NCBI GenBank assembly: GCA_024679065.1
Contig: JAGIQG010000016.1
Location: 1,736,001-1,800,000 of the forward strand
DNA length: 64,000 bases
Source of the DNA: Sphyrna mokarran
Lineage: Eukaryota
Direction of reading: 5' to 3'
The translations under genes were made by a program, and so were the position numbers. Of this stretch, positions 12,265 through 24,908 are shown in pieces. Numbering within the stretch: position 1 is the first letter of the stretch; each line of letters begins with the position of its first letter. The notes under the pieces are model-generated. The model was not told the origin of the DNA, ran no database searches, and saw nothing but the letters and a program-made list of their open reading frames with translations.

Positions 12265-12700
12265 TTAGGTATCCAGATCACCAACAACTTGTCTGGTTCC
12301 TGACACACTGACACTATAGTTCAGAAAGCCCACCAATGCCTCTAATTTCTCAGAGAACAAAGGAAATTTGGCATGTTTGCTACGACTCTCACCGACTTTT
12401 ACAGGTACCCCATAGAAAGCATTCTTTCTGGTTGTATCACAGCTTGGCATGACTCCTGCTCTGCCCAAAACCACAAGAAAAGGGTCGCGAATGAAGCCCA
12501 ATCTATCAGGCAAACCAACCCCCCCGTCACTTAACTCTGTCTACACTTCCTGGCGTGATTAAGGACCCATACTACCCCAGACATTCTGTCTTCCACCTTC
12601 TTCCATCAGGAAACAATACAAAAGTCTGAGGTCACATGCAAGAAACAATATTTTTCACTCTATCCCAATACATGTGACAATAATCAAATCAAACCAAATT
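12265..12700 (+). mobile_element. Rex/Babar-like LINE 3' fragment
   Basis: Decayed FLG..ITNNL..KAHQ.L.FLR..KFGM..IESILSGCITAW, with an (aatca)n tail. Confidence 0.7.
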
Positions 12701-13299
12701 TTCTTTTGGGTTTGGCAAATGCCACTTAGTGAACTGCAATCTGTATTCTAGCTATTGCAAATGGAGAAGGGAAGATGTTGCTTCACTCAGTCAGCCACTT
12801 GTTGGGAAATCAGGCTATCACAATGGGCATCACTTTGGAATTTGCATACACCATTCCTGGATAGTGAATTGGCCAAAAAGTGCTTTGGAACTGACAGCAG
12901 TAATCTGCGAGGGGAATGTACCACCACATGGCAGCAAATACTTTTGGAATTTTTGTATTTGCTCTGATGAGTCAAAGGGGAAAAGATTCAACAGCATGTC
13001 TCTTTTTCTTTAACCATACCAAAGAAGACTTAGAAGTTAAATGATATCAGATGGAGTAAGGAGGGGAACATCACATTACTTAGACCCGTCCATGAGAGAT
13101 GGAGACGAGACCCAGGAGATATTTGCAGAGCAAGAATACACCTTTCAGCCCCTCTGCTCCATATTCCTGGTCCAAGCGAGCTGCTCTCCACCACGACACC
13201 TCCCTCATCTCCACCCCCCCCGCCCCCCGCCCCATCACTATATCTTTCTATTTCTTCTCCCCATTCTTTGTCTCCGTCTAATCTTCCCTCTGCCATGGA

Positions 13300-13626
13300 A
13301 AAGCAACCAGAATAATTAAGGACCCTCCACACCACAGATATTCTCTCTTCCACTTTCTTCGTCAGGAAAGAGATCATAGAAGTCTGAGGTCACGTCCCAA
13401 CCATCTCAAGAACAGCTTCTTCTCTGCTGTCATCAGACTTTTGAATGAACCTACCTTGCATTCAGCTGATCTTTCTCTATACCCTAGCTGAGACTGTAAC
13501 ACTACATTCTGCACTCATTCCTTTCCTTCTCTATGAATGGTATGCTTTGTCTGTATCACGCGCAAGAAACAATACTTTTCACTGTATGTTAATAGCTATG
13601 ACAATAATAAATCAAATCAAATCAAA
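13300..13626 (+). mobile_element. Rex/Babar-like LINE 3' end
   Basis: Same family as 61955-62800, with an aatcaaatcaaatcaaa tail. Confidence 0.7.
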
Positions 13627-13669
13627 CTGTCACGTGTTTATCCAGTTCCCCCCTAAACACATCGATACT

Positions 13670-13910
13670 ACTCATGTCAACTACTCCCCGTGGGAGCAAG
13701 TCCCACATTCTCCCCGTTCTCCACAAGACCAAGTCCCACATTCCTCCCATTCCCTGTGGGAGCAAGTCCTACCTTCCCCCCACTTCCCATGGGAGTGAAT
13801 CCCACATTCTCCCCACTCTCCGTGGGGTGAGTCCCACATTCTCTTCACTCCCTGTAGGAATGAGTCCCATATTCTCCTCGTTCCCTATGGGAGCCAGTCT
13901 CATATTCTGT
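13670..13910 (+). repeat. Degenerate about 31-bp tandem (gagtcccacattctccccactccc...)
   Basis: About 7 imperfect units. The same motif occurs at about 145-240. Confidence 0.7.
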
Positions 13911-14028
13911 CGGGATTATAGGGGCAGAGGAGATTACAGAGATAGGGAGGGGTGTGGGGGCTGGAAGAGGTTACAGAGATAGGGAGGGGTGTAAGGGCTG
14001 GAGGAGGTTACTGCGACATGGAGGGTTA

Positions 14029-16121
14029 CATAGAACATTATAGCACAGTACAGGCCCTTCGGCCCTCAATGTTGTGCTGAGCTATGTCCAATCCCAAGAT
14101 CAAACTATCCCACTTCCTATCATTCTGGTGTGTTCCATGTGCCTATCCAATAACCGTTTGAAAGTTTCTAAAGTTTCTGACTCCACTATCACAGCAGGCA
14201 GTCTATTCCATACCCCAACCACACTCTGAGTAAAGAATCTACCTCGGACATCCCTCCTATATCTTCCACCATGAACCTTATAGTTATGCCCCCGCCTAGT
14301 AACAGCTACATCCAGCCCCGGAAATAATCTCTGCACATCCCCTCTATCTATCCCTCTCATCATCTTATAAATCTCTGTTAAGTCACTTCTCATCCTCCTC
14401 TGCTCCAAAGAGAAAAGCCCCAGCTCCTTCAACCTTTCCTCAAAAGACCTACCCTCCAAACCAGGCAGCATCCCTGGTAAATCTCCTCTGCACTCTCTCC
14501 AATGCTTCCACATCCTTCTTATAATGAGGTGACCAGAACTAAACACAATATTCCAAATGTGGTCTCACCAATATCCTGTATAAAGATCAAAGAACAAAAC
14601 AGCACGGGAAACAGGCCCTTCGGCCCAACGAGCCCGTGCCGCCACCCCGATGTTCCCACCTCTACCCGTGATCCCTCTCCACGTTTATAGATCTATGGAT
14701 TAAAAATGGATTATATGGATTGCAGCATAACCTCATGGCTCCTAAACTCAAACCCCCTGTTAATAAAAGTTCATCTACTATAAGCCTTCTTCATGGCTCT
14801 ATCCACTTCAGTGGCAACTTTCAGAGATCTGTGGATATGAATCCCAAGATCTCTCTGTTCCTCCACGTTCTTCAGAATCCTGCCGTTGACCCTGTAATCC
14901 ACATTCGAGTTTGTCCTTCTAAAACGAATCACCTCGCACTTATCAGGGTTAAACTCCATCTGCCACTTTTCTGTTCAGTTCTGCATTCTATCAATGTCTC
15001 TTTGCAACCTGCCAGAGCCCCCTACCTGATCCACTCCTCCACCAATCTTGGTCTCGTCAGCAGATTTACTAACCCAGCTTTCAGCCCCTTCTTCCAAGTC
15101 ATTAACAGAAATCACAAAAAGCAGAGGGCCCAGCACTGACCCCTGTGGTACACCGCTGGTAAATGGCCTCCAGTCTGAAAATATTCCCTCCACCATCACC
15201 CCCTGTCTTCTATGATACAGCCAGTTACTTATCCAATTGGCTAAATTTCCTTCTATCCCACACCTCCTTATCTTCTTCATGAGCCTACCATGGGGAACCT
15301 TATCAAATGCCTTACTAAAATCCATGTATATGACATCAACTGCTCTACCTTCGTCCGCACACTTAGTCACCTCCTCAAAGAATTCAATCAAATTTGTGAG
15401 GCAGGACTTTACCCTCACAAAACTGTGCTGACTATCCCAGATTAAACTGCGTCTTTCCAAATGATCATAAATCCCATCTCTCTGGACCCTTTCCATTAGC
15501 TTGCCAACCACCGAAGTAAGACTAACTGGCCTATAATTACCAGGGTCATTCCTATTTCCTTTTTTGAAGAGAGGCACTACATTTACTGCTCTCCAGTCCT
15601 CTGGTGCAGTTGACAGTCAGGACCCAAAGATCAAAGCTAAAGGCTCTGCAATCTCATTGCTCGCCTCCCAAAGCATCCAAGGATATATCTCATCTGACCC
15701 AGGGGCTGATTGACCCTGGAGTTTTTCAAACTTGCTAATACATCTTCCCTCAGAACATCTACTTCCTCCATCCTATCATCCAATCACACACACATCCTCG
15801 AAAGCATGGTCCCTCTCCTTAGTGAACACTGAAGAAAAGTATTCATTCAACGCCTCACCGATCTCTTCTGACTCCATGCACAAGTTCCCACTATTATCCT
15901 TGACTGGCCCAACATCATTCTGGTCATTTTTTTATTTCTCACATAAGAGTAAAAAGCCCTGGGGGTTTTCCTTTATCTGACCCGTCAAGGACTTCTCATG
16001 ACTCCCCTTGGCTCTCCTAAGCTCTTTTTTTTAACTCATTGCTTGCTACCTTTTAACCTCAAACGATCCAACTGAACCTTATTTTCTTATCCTTACATAT
16101 GCTTCTTTCTTCCTCTTGACA
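14029..16121 (-). mobile_element. CR1 LINE, frameshifted, with a short insertion at about 14580-14720
   Basis: RT fragments in ORFs 14975-15577, 14771-14959 and 14100-14546. Confidence 0.93.
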
Positions 16122-16224
16122 AATCGAGGGGAGGGGTGTAGGGGCTGGAGAAGGTTACTGCGATAAGGAAGGTTTTAGGGGCTGAGAATTCCTGAGAGTG
16201 AGTGATGGAGATTTCGATACCTAC

Positions 16225-16485
16225 TTAACGTTACCAGACTGATGTAATCAGATACAGTTGTTCCCACTGAGTTAGTTGCTTCACATCGAAAAGGCTGACG
16301 AATGTCATAAGTCGAGAATGTTTCCTGATTTGCAGTTCCAGAGAGCCGAACACCAGGCTCTCTCCTCCATCTGTAATATGTAACTGGAGGATTACTGTTT
16401 GAAACCACGCATGTTAAAGTCATTATGCCACCTCCATAGTTTTGTGTATAATCAGGTGAATCAATGTAAACCAGCTTCGGAGCAT
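16225..16485 (-). CDS. Ig C2-set exon (short, divergent)
   Basis: 261 nt, ctgatcag|AT ... A|gtaggt. Encodes YAPK...MTLTCVVSNSNPPVTYYRW...FRCEATNSVG, with a CD22/sialoadhesin-like SNPP..Y.W motif. Confidence 0.85.
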
Positions 16486-16599
16486 CTGATCAGAAAGGGA
16501 GAGATATAGAGACATATTAATATCAGCGGGAATAGTATTCCAAAACCTATCAAAGGCAAGAAATGACCTCAGGACATGTATTTGAAACGAACAGGACCT

Positions 16600-16851
16600 A
16601 TTCAGCCCCTCGAGCCTGTTACACAGGAACAGGAGGAGGCCCCATTCAGCCCCTCAAGCCTGTTACACAGGAACAGGAGGAGGCCATTCAGCCCCTCGAG
16701 CCTGTTACACAGGAACAGGAGGAGGCCATTCAGCCCCTCGAGCCTGTTACACAGGAACAGGAGGAGGCCCCATTCAGCCCCTCGAGCCTGTTACACAGGA
16801 ACAGGAGGAAGCCCCATTCAGCCTTTGAGCCTGTTACACAGGAACAGGAGG
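16600..16851 (+). repeat. 42/44-bp minisatellite (ccattcagcccctcgagcctgttacacaggaacaggaggagg)n
   Basis: About 6 units. Confidence 0.93.
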
Positions 16852-17430
16852 AAACTCGGTTCAATTCCTTGAGCCTGTGACAGAAGATCATTGTGGATTA
16901 TGGAATTTCATCTCAGGTTTGAGCTGTGTGGAAATTGGATTGAGGCCTTACCGTGGCACAGTGGTTAGCACCAGGACCTGGGTTCCATTCAGGCCTTGTG
17001 TGACTGTCCTTGTGATGTTTGCACATTCTCTTGGTTTCTGCGTGTGTTTTCTCTGGGTGTTCCACTTTCCTCACACAGTCCAAAGATGTGCAGGTTAGAG
17101 GGATTGGCCATGTTAAGTGGACCCTTAGTGTCAAAAATTGTATATTAGGTGGATTGGCCATGCTAAATTGCCCCTAGCGTTCAAAGATGTGTATTTTAGA
17201 GGATTTGGTCATGCTAAATTGTCCCTTAGTGTCCAAAGATGTGCAGGTTATGTGGATTGGCCCCTGAAGTGTCCAAAGATGCGTAGGTTTGAAGAATTGG
17301 CCATGCTAAATTTTCCATTAATGGGCCAAAGATGTTTAGGTTAGGTGGATTGGCCACGCTAAATTGCACTTTAGCATCCAAAGGTCTGCAGGTTCAGTGA
17401 ATTGGCCATGCTTAATTGAATCTTAGGCCC

Positions 17431-18243
17431 AAGAACATAGAACATAGAACATAGAACACTACAGCACAAACAGGTCCTTCGGCCCACAAGTTGTGCCGAA
17501 CACATCAAAACCTACCCAGCCATAGACCTATCTATAACCCCCAATCCCATTGGATCCCATATACTCATCCCGAAGTCTTTTAAAAGACCCCAGCGAGCTC
17601 GCCTCGACCACCACCGACGGCAGCCGATTCCATTCACTCACCACCCTCTGAGTGAAAAACTTTCCCCTAGCATCCCCTCTGTACTTGCTTCCCTGCACCT
17701 TAAATCCTCTCGTCACAACCATTTCAGCCCTGGGAAATAGTCTCTGAGAGTCCACCCTATCTATTCCTCTCAACATCTTGTAAACCTCGATCAGGTCACC
17801 TCTCAACCTTCGTCTCTCCAGGGAGAACAGTCCCAGCTCCCTCAACCTGTCTTCATAAGGCATGCCTCCCAATCCAGGCAACATCCTTGTAAATCTCCTC
17901 TGCACCCTTTCAATAGCTTCCACGTCCTTCCTGTAGTGAGGCGACCAGAACTGCGCACAGTACTCCAAGTGTGGTCTGACAAGGGTCCTATAAAGCTGCA
18001 GCATTACCTCCTGACTCCTGAACTCAATCCCTCGATGAATGAAGGCCAGTACACCGTAAGCTTTCTTAACCACATCCTCCACCTGGGAGGCGATTTGAGA
18101 GTCTTATGGACCCGGACCCCAAGATCCCTCTGCTCTTCCACACAGCTAAGACTCCTATCTTTGATAGTGTACTCATTCATCCGTTGGATCTGCCAAAATG
18201 GACCACAACACATTTATCCGCATTGAAGTCCATCTGCCACTTC
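17431..18243 (-). mobile_element. CR1 LINE 3' portion
   Basis: ORF 17528-18082 with RPHLEYCAQFWSP, and a (gaacata)n tail. Confidence 0.93.
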
Positions 18244-18351
18244 TAGAAGGTGCAAGTTAGCTGGATTAGCCATGCTAAATTGCCCCTCAGTATCCACAAA
18301 TTGTAGGTTATGTGGGTTGGCCATGCTAAATTACCCCTTAGTGTCCAAAGA

Positions 18352-18810
18352 TAGAACATAGAACATAGAACATTACAGCGCAGAACAGGCCCTTCGGCCT
18401 TCGATGTTGCGCCGACCAATTATGAAAAAAGCAATGACCCTCCAAACTAAACCATTCCCTTCTCTTCCATAAACTTATCAACTAACCTCTTAAACGCCAC
18501 CAAACTTGGCGCATCTACAACTGCCGCAGGCAGGGCATTCCACTCCCTAACCACCCTCTGGGTAAAGAACCTACCTCTGATATCCGTTCTATAACTATCA
18601 CCCTTTAATTTAAAGCTGTGTCCCCTCGTGCTAGCTTTCTCCATCCTAGGAAAAAGGCTATCACTGTCCACCCTATCTAAACCTTTAATCATCTTATATG
18701 TTTCAATAAGGTCTCCTCTTAGCCGCCTTCTTTCTAACGAAAACAACCTCAAATCCCTCAGCCTCTCTTCATAAGACCTGCCTTCCATACCAGGCAACAT
18801 CCTGGTAAAT
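18352..18810 (-). mobile_element. CR1 family A 3' end
   Basis: ORF 18447-18800 ending EKGMV*, plus tail. Confidence 0.93.
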
Positions 18811-19211
18811 GTGCAGATTAAGTGGATTGGCCATGATAAATTGCACCTTCAAGTCCAAAGATGCGCAGGTTTGGCGAATTGGCCATGCTAAATTGTCCCT
18901 TAATGGCCAAAGATATGTAAGTTAAGTGGATTGTCTGTGCTAAATTGCCCTTAATGTCGAAAGATGTGCAGGTTAGGTGGACTGGCCTTGCTAAATTGCC
19001 CCTTAGTGTCTACAAATGTGTAGGTTACGTGGATTGGCCGTGCTAAAATTGTCCCTAAGTGTCCAAAGACTTTTATCTAGTGGATTGGCCGTGCTAAGTT
19101 GCCCCTTTAGTGTTCAAACATGTGCAGGGGATTGGTCATGGCAAATTTTTTCTTGGGTTCCAATAATGTGCAGGTTACATCAATTGGCCTTGCTAAATTA
19201 GTCACAGTGAA

Positions 19212-22200
19212 ATAGAGTCAAAGAGGTTCACAGCATGGAAACAGGCCATTCAGCCCAACTTGTCCATGCCACCATTTTTTTAAAACCCCTAAGCTAGTCC
19301 TAATTGCCCGCATTTGGCCCATATCCCTTTCTACCCATCTTACCCATGTAACAATCTAAATGTTTTTTAAAAGATAAAATTATACCCGTCTCTACTACTG
19401 CCTCTGGCAGCTTGTTCCAGACACTCACCACCCTCTGTGTGAAAAAATTGCTCCTCTCAGTGCTTTGGTGTCTCTCCCCTCTCACCTTAAACATAGAACA
19501 TAGAACATTACAGCGCAGAACAGGCCCTTCGGCCTTCGATGTTGCGCCGACCAATTAGGAAAAAGCAATGACCCTCTAACCTAAACCATTCCCTTTTCGT
19601 CCATAAACTTATCTACTAACCTCTTAAACGCCACCAAACTTGGAGCATCTACAACTGCAGCAGGCAGGGCATTCCATACCCTTACCACCCTCTGGGTAAA
19701 GAACCTACCTCTGACATCTGTCCTAAAACCACCACCCCTTAATTTAAAGCTATGTCCCCTCGTGCTAGCTTTCTCCATCCTAGGAAAAAGGATATCACTG
19801 TCCACCCTATCTAAACCTCTAATCATCTTATATGTTTCGATTAGGTCCCCTCTTAGCCGCCTCCTTTCTAACGAAAACACCCTCAAATCCCTCAGCCTCT
19901 CTTCATAAGACCTGCCCTCCATACAGGCAACATCCTGGTAAACCTCCTCTGTACCCTCTCCAATGCCTCCACATCTTTCTTATAATGTGGGGACCAGAAC
20001 TGCACACAATACTCCAAGTGCGGCGCACTAGAGTTTTGTACAGTTGCAACATGATGCTGCGGCTCCGAAATTCAATCCCCCTACCAATAAAAGCTAAGAC
20101 TCCGTATGCCTTCTTAACAACCTTATCGACTTGACTGCCTACTTTCAGGGATCTATGTACATATACACCAAGATCCCTCTGTTCATCAACACTATTAAGA
20201 GTCCTACCATTAGCCCTATACTCGACACATTTGTTATTCCTGCCAAAGTGAATTACCTCACACTTTTCCACATTAAACTCCATTTGCCACTCTCGGCCCA
20301 GCTCTGCAACTTGTCCAAGTCTCTCTGCAAACTAGAACACCCCTCTTCACTATCTACCACTCCTCCGACTTTGGTGTCATCCGCAAATTTACTAATACAT
20401 CCTTCAATACCCTCATCCAGATCATTTATAAAAATTACAAACAGCAGGGGCCCCAAAACAGATCCCTGAGGTACACCACTTGTAACCGAACTCCACGATG
20501 AATAACTTCCATCAACCACCACCCTCTGTCTTCTGTCAGGTAGCCAATTCCTAATCTAATTAGCTAAATCACCCTCTATCCCATACATCTGCATTTTCTG
20601 CAGAAGCCTTCCATGGGCCACCTTATCGAACGCCTTACTAAAGTCCATATATATCACATCAACTGCCTTACCCCCATCCACCTCTTTGGTCACTTTTTCA
20701 AAAAACTCAATAAGGTTAGAAAGGCATGACCTACCCTTCACAAAACCATGCTGACTATCCCCAATCAATTCATTTCTCTCTAAATAACTATAAATCCTAT
20801 CCTAATAATTCTTTCCAATACTTTGCCCACAACAGAAGTAAGACTCACCGGTCTATAATTCCCAGGGAAGTCTCTATTCCCCTTCTTGAACAATGGGACC
20901 ACATTCGCTATCCTCCAGTCTTCCGGCACCATACCCGTAACCAACGACGACCTGAAGATCAGAGCCAGAGGCTCTGCAATCGCCTCTCTCGCATCCCAGA
21001 GAATCCTAGGGTAAATCCCATCCGACCCAGGGGACTTATCTAACTTCAAACCCTCAAGAATATCTAGCACATCCTCCTTATCTACTTCAATACTTTTCAG
21101 TTTGCAACCCTGTATCCCAGTGTTCTCCATAACTACATTTACATCTCCCTGCGTGAACACCGAAGAGAAATATTTATTCAGTGCCTCTCCAATCTCTTCA
21201 GGCTCTACGCACAACTTCCCACTGCTGTCCATGACTGGCCCTAATCTTGCCCTAACCAATCTTCTATTCTTAACATATCTAAAGAAAGCTTTAGGATTCT
21301 CCTTGATTCTATCAGCCAAAGTCTTCTCGTGTCCTCTTTTAGCTCTTCTTAATTCAATCTTTAGCTCCTTCCTGGCTAATCTATAACTTTCCAGTGCACT
21401 AACTGAGCCTTCAAGCCTCATCCTGACATAAGCCTCCTTTTTCCTTTTAACCAGCGAATTAACTTTTTTAGTACACCATGGTTCCCTTACTCGACCATTT
21501 TCTCCTTGCCTGACAGGGACATACTTATCAAGGACTCGCAGTAGCTGCTCCTTGAATAAGCTCCACATTTCAGATGTTCCCAGTCCCTGTAGTTTCCTAG
21601 TCCAACCTATGCACCCTAATTCCCTCCTTATGGCCTCATAATTACCCTTCCCCCAGCTATAACTACTGCCCCCAGCTTCATGCGTATCCCTATCCATCAC
21701 TAAGGTGAACGTAACCGAATTGTGGTCACTGTGACCAAAATGTTCACCAACTTCCAAGTCTAACACCTGGTCTGGCTCATTGCCCAGCAACAAATCAATG
21801 CCCTCTAGTTTTAGACTCCCCTACCTTTGGGAAAAGATATTGACTATCTCGCTGATCTGTGCCCCTCATTATTTTATAGATCTCTATAAGATCACCCCTC
21901 AGCCTCCTACGCTCCAGAGAAAAAAGTCCCAGTCTATCCAGCCTCTCCTTATAACTCAATCCATCAAGTCCCAGTAGCATCGTAGTAAATCTTTCCTGCG
22001 CTCTTTCTAGTTTAATAATATCCTTTCTATAATAGGGTGACCAGAACTGTACACAGTATTCCAAATGTGGTCTTATCAATGTATATACAACTTCAACAAG
22101 ACGTCCCAACTCCTGTATTCAATGTTCTGACCAATGAAACCAAGCATGCTGAATACCTTCTTCACCACTCTGTCCACCTGTGACTCCACTTTCAAGGAGC

Positions 22201-22490
22201 TATGAACACGTACCCCCAGATCTGTTTGTTTAGTAAGTCTCCCCAACGCCCTACAATTAGTTGAATAAGTCCTGTCCTGGTTCAATGTACCAAAATGCAT
22301 CACCTCACATTTATCTAAGTTAAACTCCATCTGCCATTCATCAGCCCACTGGCCAATTGATCAAGATTCCGTTGCAATCAGAGTTAATTTTCTTCACTGC
22401 CCATTCTGCGACCAATCTTGGTGTCATCTGGAAATTTTTAACCATGCCTTCTATATCCCCATCCAAATCATTAATATAAATGACAAATAA
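19212..22490 (-). mobile_element. CR1 family B (19212-19491 plus 21797-22490) interrupted by CR1 family A (19492-21792)
   Basis: Family B is continuous across the insert (ctcaccttaaac|...atgccctctagtttt). Family A gives frameshifted ORF2 pieces 20780-21793, 20556-20768, 20253-20522, 19903-20283 and 19581-19922. Confidence 0.92.
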
Positions 22491-23195
22491 TTTGAGGCTT
22501 AGTGTCCAAAGATGTGTAGGTTAGGATGGATTGGCCATGCTAAATTGCCCCTCAGTGTCCAAAGATGTGTAGGTTTGGTGGATTGGCCATGCTAAATTGT
22601 CCCTTAGTGTCTAAAGATGTATAGGTTGGGAGGATTGGCCATACGAAATTGCTCCTTAGTGTCCAAAGATGTATAGGTTAGTTGGATTGGCCATGGTAAA
22701 TTGTGCCTTAGTATCTAAAGATGTGTAGGCGAGGTGGATTGGCAATGCTAAATTGTCCCTTAGTTTCCAAAAATGTGCCGATTAGGTTGATGCTAACTTA
22801 CAATCTAGAGTCCAAAGATGTGCCGGTTAGGTGAATTGGCCATGTTAACTTGCACCTTTGTGTCCAAAGATGTGTAGTTTAAGGAAACCTAAGAGATGAA
22901 TTTGTGAAAAGAGGGCCTGGATGGGATGCTCTTTTGGGGAGTTGGTGCAGACTCGATGGGCTGAATGGCCTTCTTCTGCATTGAGGATATTCTCTGATTC
23001 TTGGAGGATGGAAAGAAACAAATTTGCAGTGATGCAGGAATACAGCGGGCCAGTGGGATGGACTGGATTGCTCTACAGAGGAATAGCATGGACCCAATGT
23101 GATGAATGGCCCCCTTTGTATGATACTTTGGCTTTTGTAAAGTGAACTCTGGCCTTCTTCAGATAGTAGATCCTCTCATTGAGCTCATTACTTAC

Positions 23196-23489
23196 ACTGC
23201 ACATTCAAGGTGATATTTTTATAGTGAATTTCTTGAAGGTCTGCTTGTATTTCACATGTCAAGGTCCTCCCATTATCCCTGTATGAACTGACGAACCTCA
23301 GTTCAACACCAGAATTCCATCCATTTTCGGAAGTACCAGTGATTTGTTTTGAGAAGGATTTGTTTAAGCCATGAATATCAGACCATTTGAGAAGATTAGG
23401 ACACAGATACTTCACTGAGCAAAGAATGTTCACCTCTGTATTCTCCTTCATCTCTCCATCTGGTGACATGGTTATCAAACTAGACACAT
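23196..23489 (-). CDS. Ig C2-set exon (Siglec domain-2 type)
   Basis: 294 nt, tctctcaag|AT ... T|gtaagt. Encodes EVNILCSVKYLCP..W...LRFVSSYRDNGRTLTCEI. The extra Cys (CSVKYLC) is typical of the Siglec V-C2 interdomain disulfide. Confidence 0.9.
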
Positions 23490-23603
23490 CTTGAGAGAAA
23501 GAGAGAAGTTAGACACAGGATTAATTAATTAACAGAGACTTTTGAAAGAATAAATAAATCACCTCCTGGATTCAGAAGCACAAGGTACCAAATTATGTTA
23601 AAT

Positions 23604-24503
23604 GGAGACTGGAACAGTGCACAGTGCTCCGAGTGTGGGTCCAACCGAGGGATACGGAGACTAGAACTTGTACAGTGCTCCGAGTGTGGGTGTAACTGAG
23701 GGATATGGAGACTGGAACTTGTACAGTGCTCCGAGTGTGGGTCTAACCGAGGGATACGGAGACCGGAACTGTGCACAGTACTCCAAGTGTGTGTCTAACC
23801 AAGGGATACAGAGACCGGAACTGTGCACAATGCTCCAAGTGTGAGTCTAACTGAGGGATACGGAGACTGGAACAGTGCACAGTGCTCCAAGTGTGGGTCC
23901 AACTGAGGGATACGGAGACTGGAACTGTGCACAGTGCTCCAAGTGTGGGTCCAACTGAGGGATACGGAGACTGGAACTGTGCACAGTGCTCCGAGTGTGG
24001 GTCTAACCGAGGGATATGGAGACTGGAACTGTGCACAGTGCTCCGAGTATGGGTCTAACCGAGGGATATGGAGACTGGAACTGTGCACCGTGCTCCGAGT
24101 ATGGGTCTAACCGAGGGATATGGAGACTGGAACTGTGCACGGTGCTCCGAGTGTGGGTCTAACCGAGGGATATGGAGACTGGAACTGTGCACAGTGCTCC
24201 GAGTGTGGTCTAACCGAGGGATATGGAGACTGGAACTGTGCACCGTGCTCCGAGTATGGGTCTAACCGAGGGATATGGAGACTGGAACTGTGCACAGTGC
24301 TCCGAGTATGGGTCTAACCGAGGGATATGGAGACTGGAACTGTGCACCGTGCTCCGAGTGTGGGTCTAACCGAGGGATATGGAGACTGGAACTGTGCACA
24401 GTGCTCCGAGTGTGGGTCTAACCGAGGGATATGGAGACTGGAACTGTGCACAGTGCTCCGAGTGTGGGTCTAACCGAGGGATATGGAGACCAGAACTGTG
24501 CAC
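23604..24503 (+). repeat. 52-bp minisatellite (ggagactggaactgtgcacagtgctccgagtgtgggtctaaccgagggatat)n
   Basis: About 17 units. Confidence 0.96.
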
Positions 24504-24908
24504 ATGGAAACACAGAAAACAGGAGCAGGAGTTAGTCATTTTGCCCTTTGAGCCTGTTCTGCTATTCAATCAGACCATGGCTGATCCTCCATACACTGCT
24601 ATCACGCCACTCTCATCCCACACTGTCCCCACCTTGGCTTGGCCCCTCTCAGGTACATCCTGATCCAGTTGTCAATTACAGCTAATGCTCCTGCCCTTCC
24701 CAGAAGACCTTCCCTTGCAAGCACAGTAGGTGCAACACATCACAACTTTATACTGTGACCACTCACCTTCATCATAAACCCTTTTATGCACAATTTTTAT
24801 TCGTATGTGAAGTCCTCCTCCCATCCCCCTCTGGGCCAGCTCCCACTTGTCCTTCGAATTTGCAAACTTATCTCCCATTTCTGGGTGTGGCACTTCCCGT
24901 ACTAGGAG

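Larger units (their letters stand above)
16951..23000 (+). mobile_element. HE1/V-SINE-type SINE with an expanded about 52-bp internal segment, split by nested CR1s
   Basis: Head at 16951-17100. Units (gtccaaagatgtgcaggttaggtggattggccatgctaaattgccccttagt) at about 17080-17430, 18245-18350, 18810-19200 and 22500-22880. SINE tail at about 22910-23000. Confidence 0.8.

Noticed and set aside
10302-16224. TM/cytoplasmic exons of a first gene, or a leader exon of a second gene
   Set aside because: The interval is mostly LINE and repeat sequence. I found no hydrophobic exon with splice sites in the unique parts. A tiny exon cannot be fully excluded by eye.
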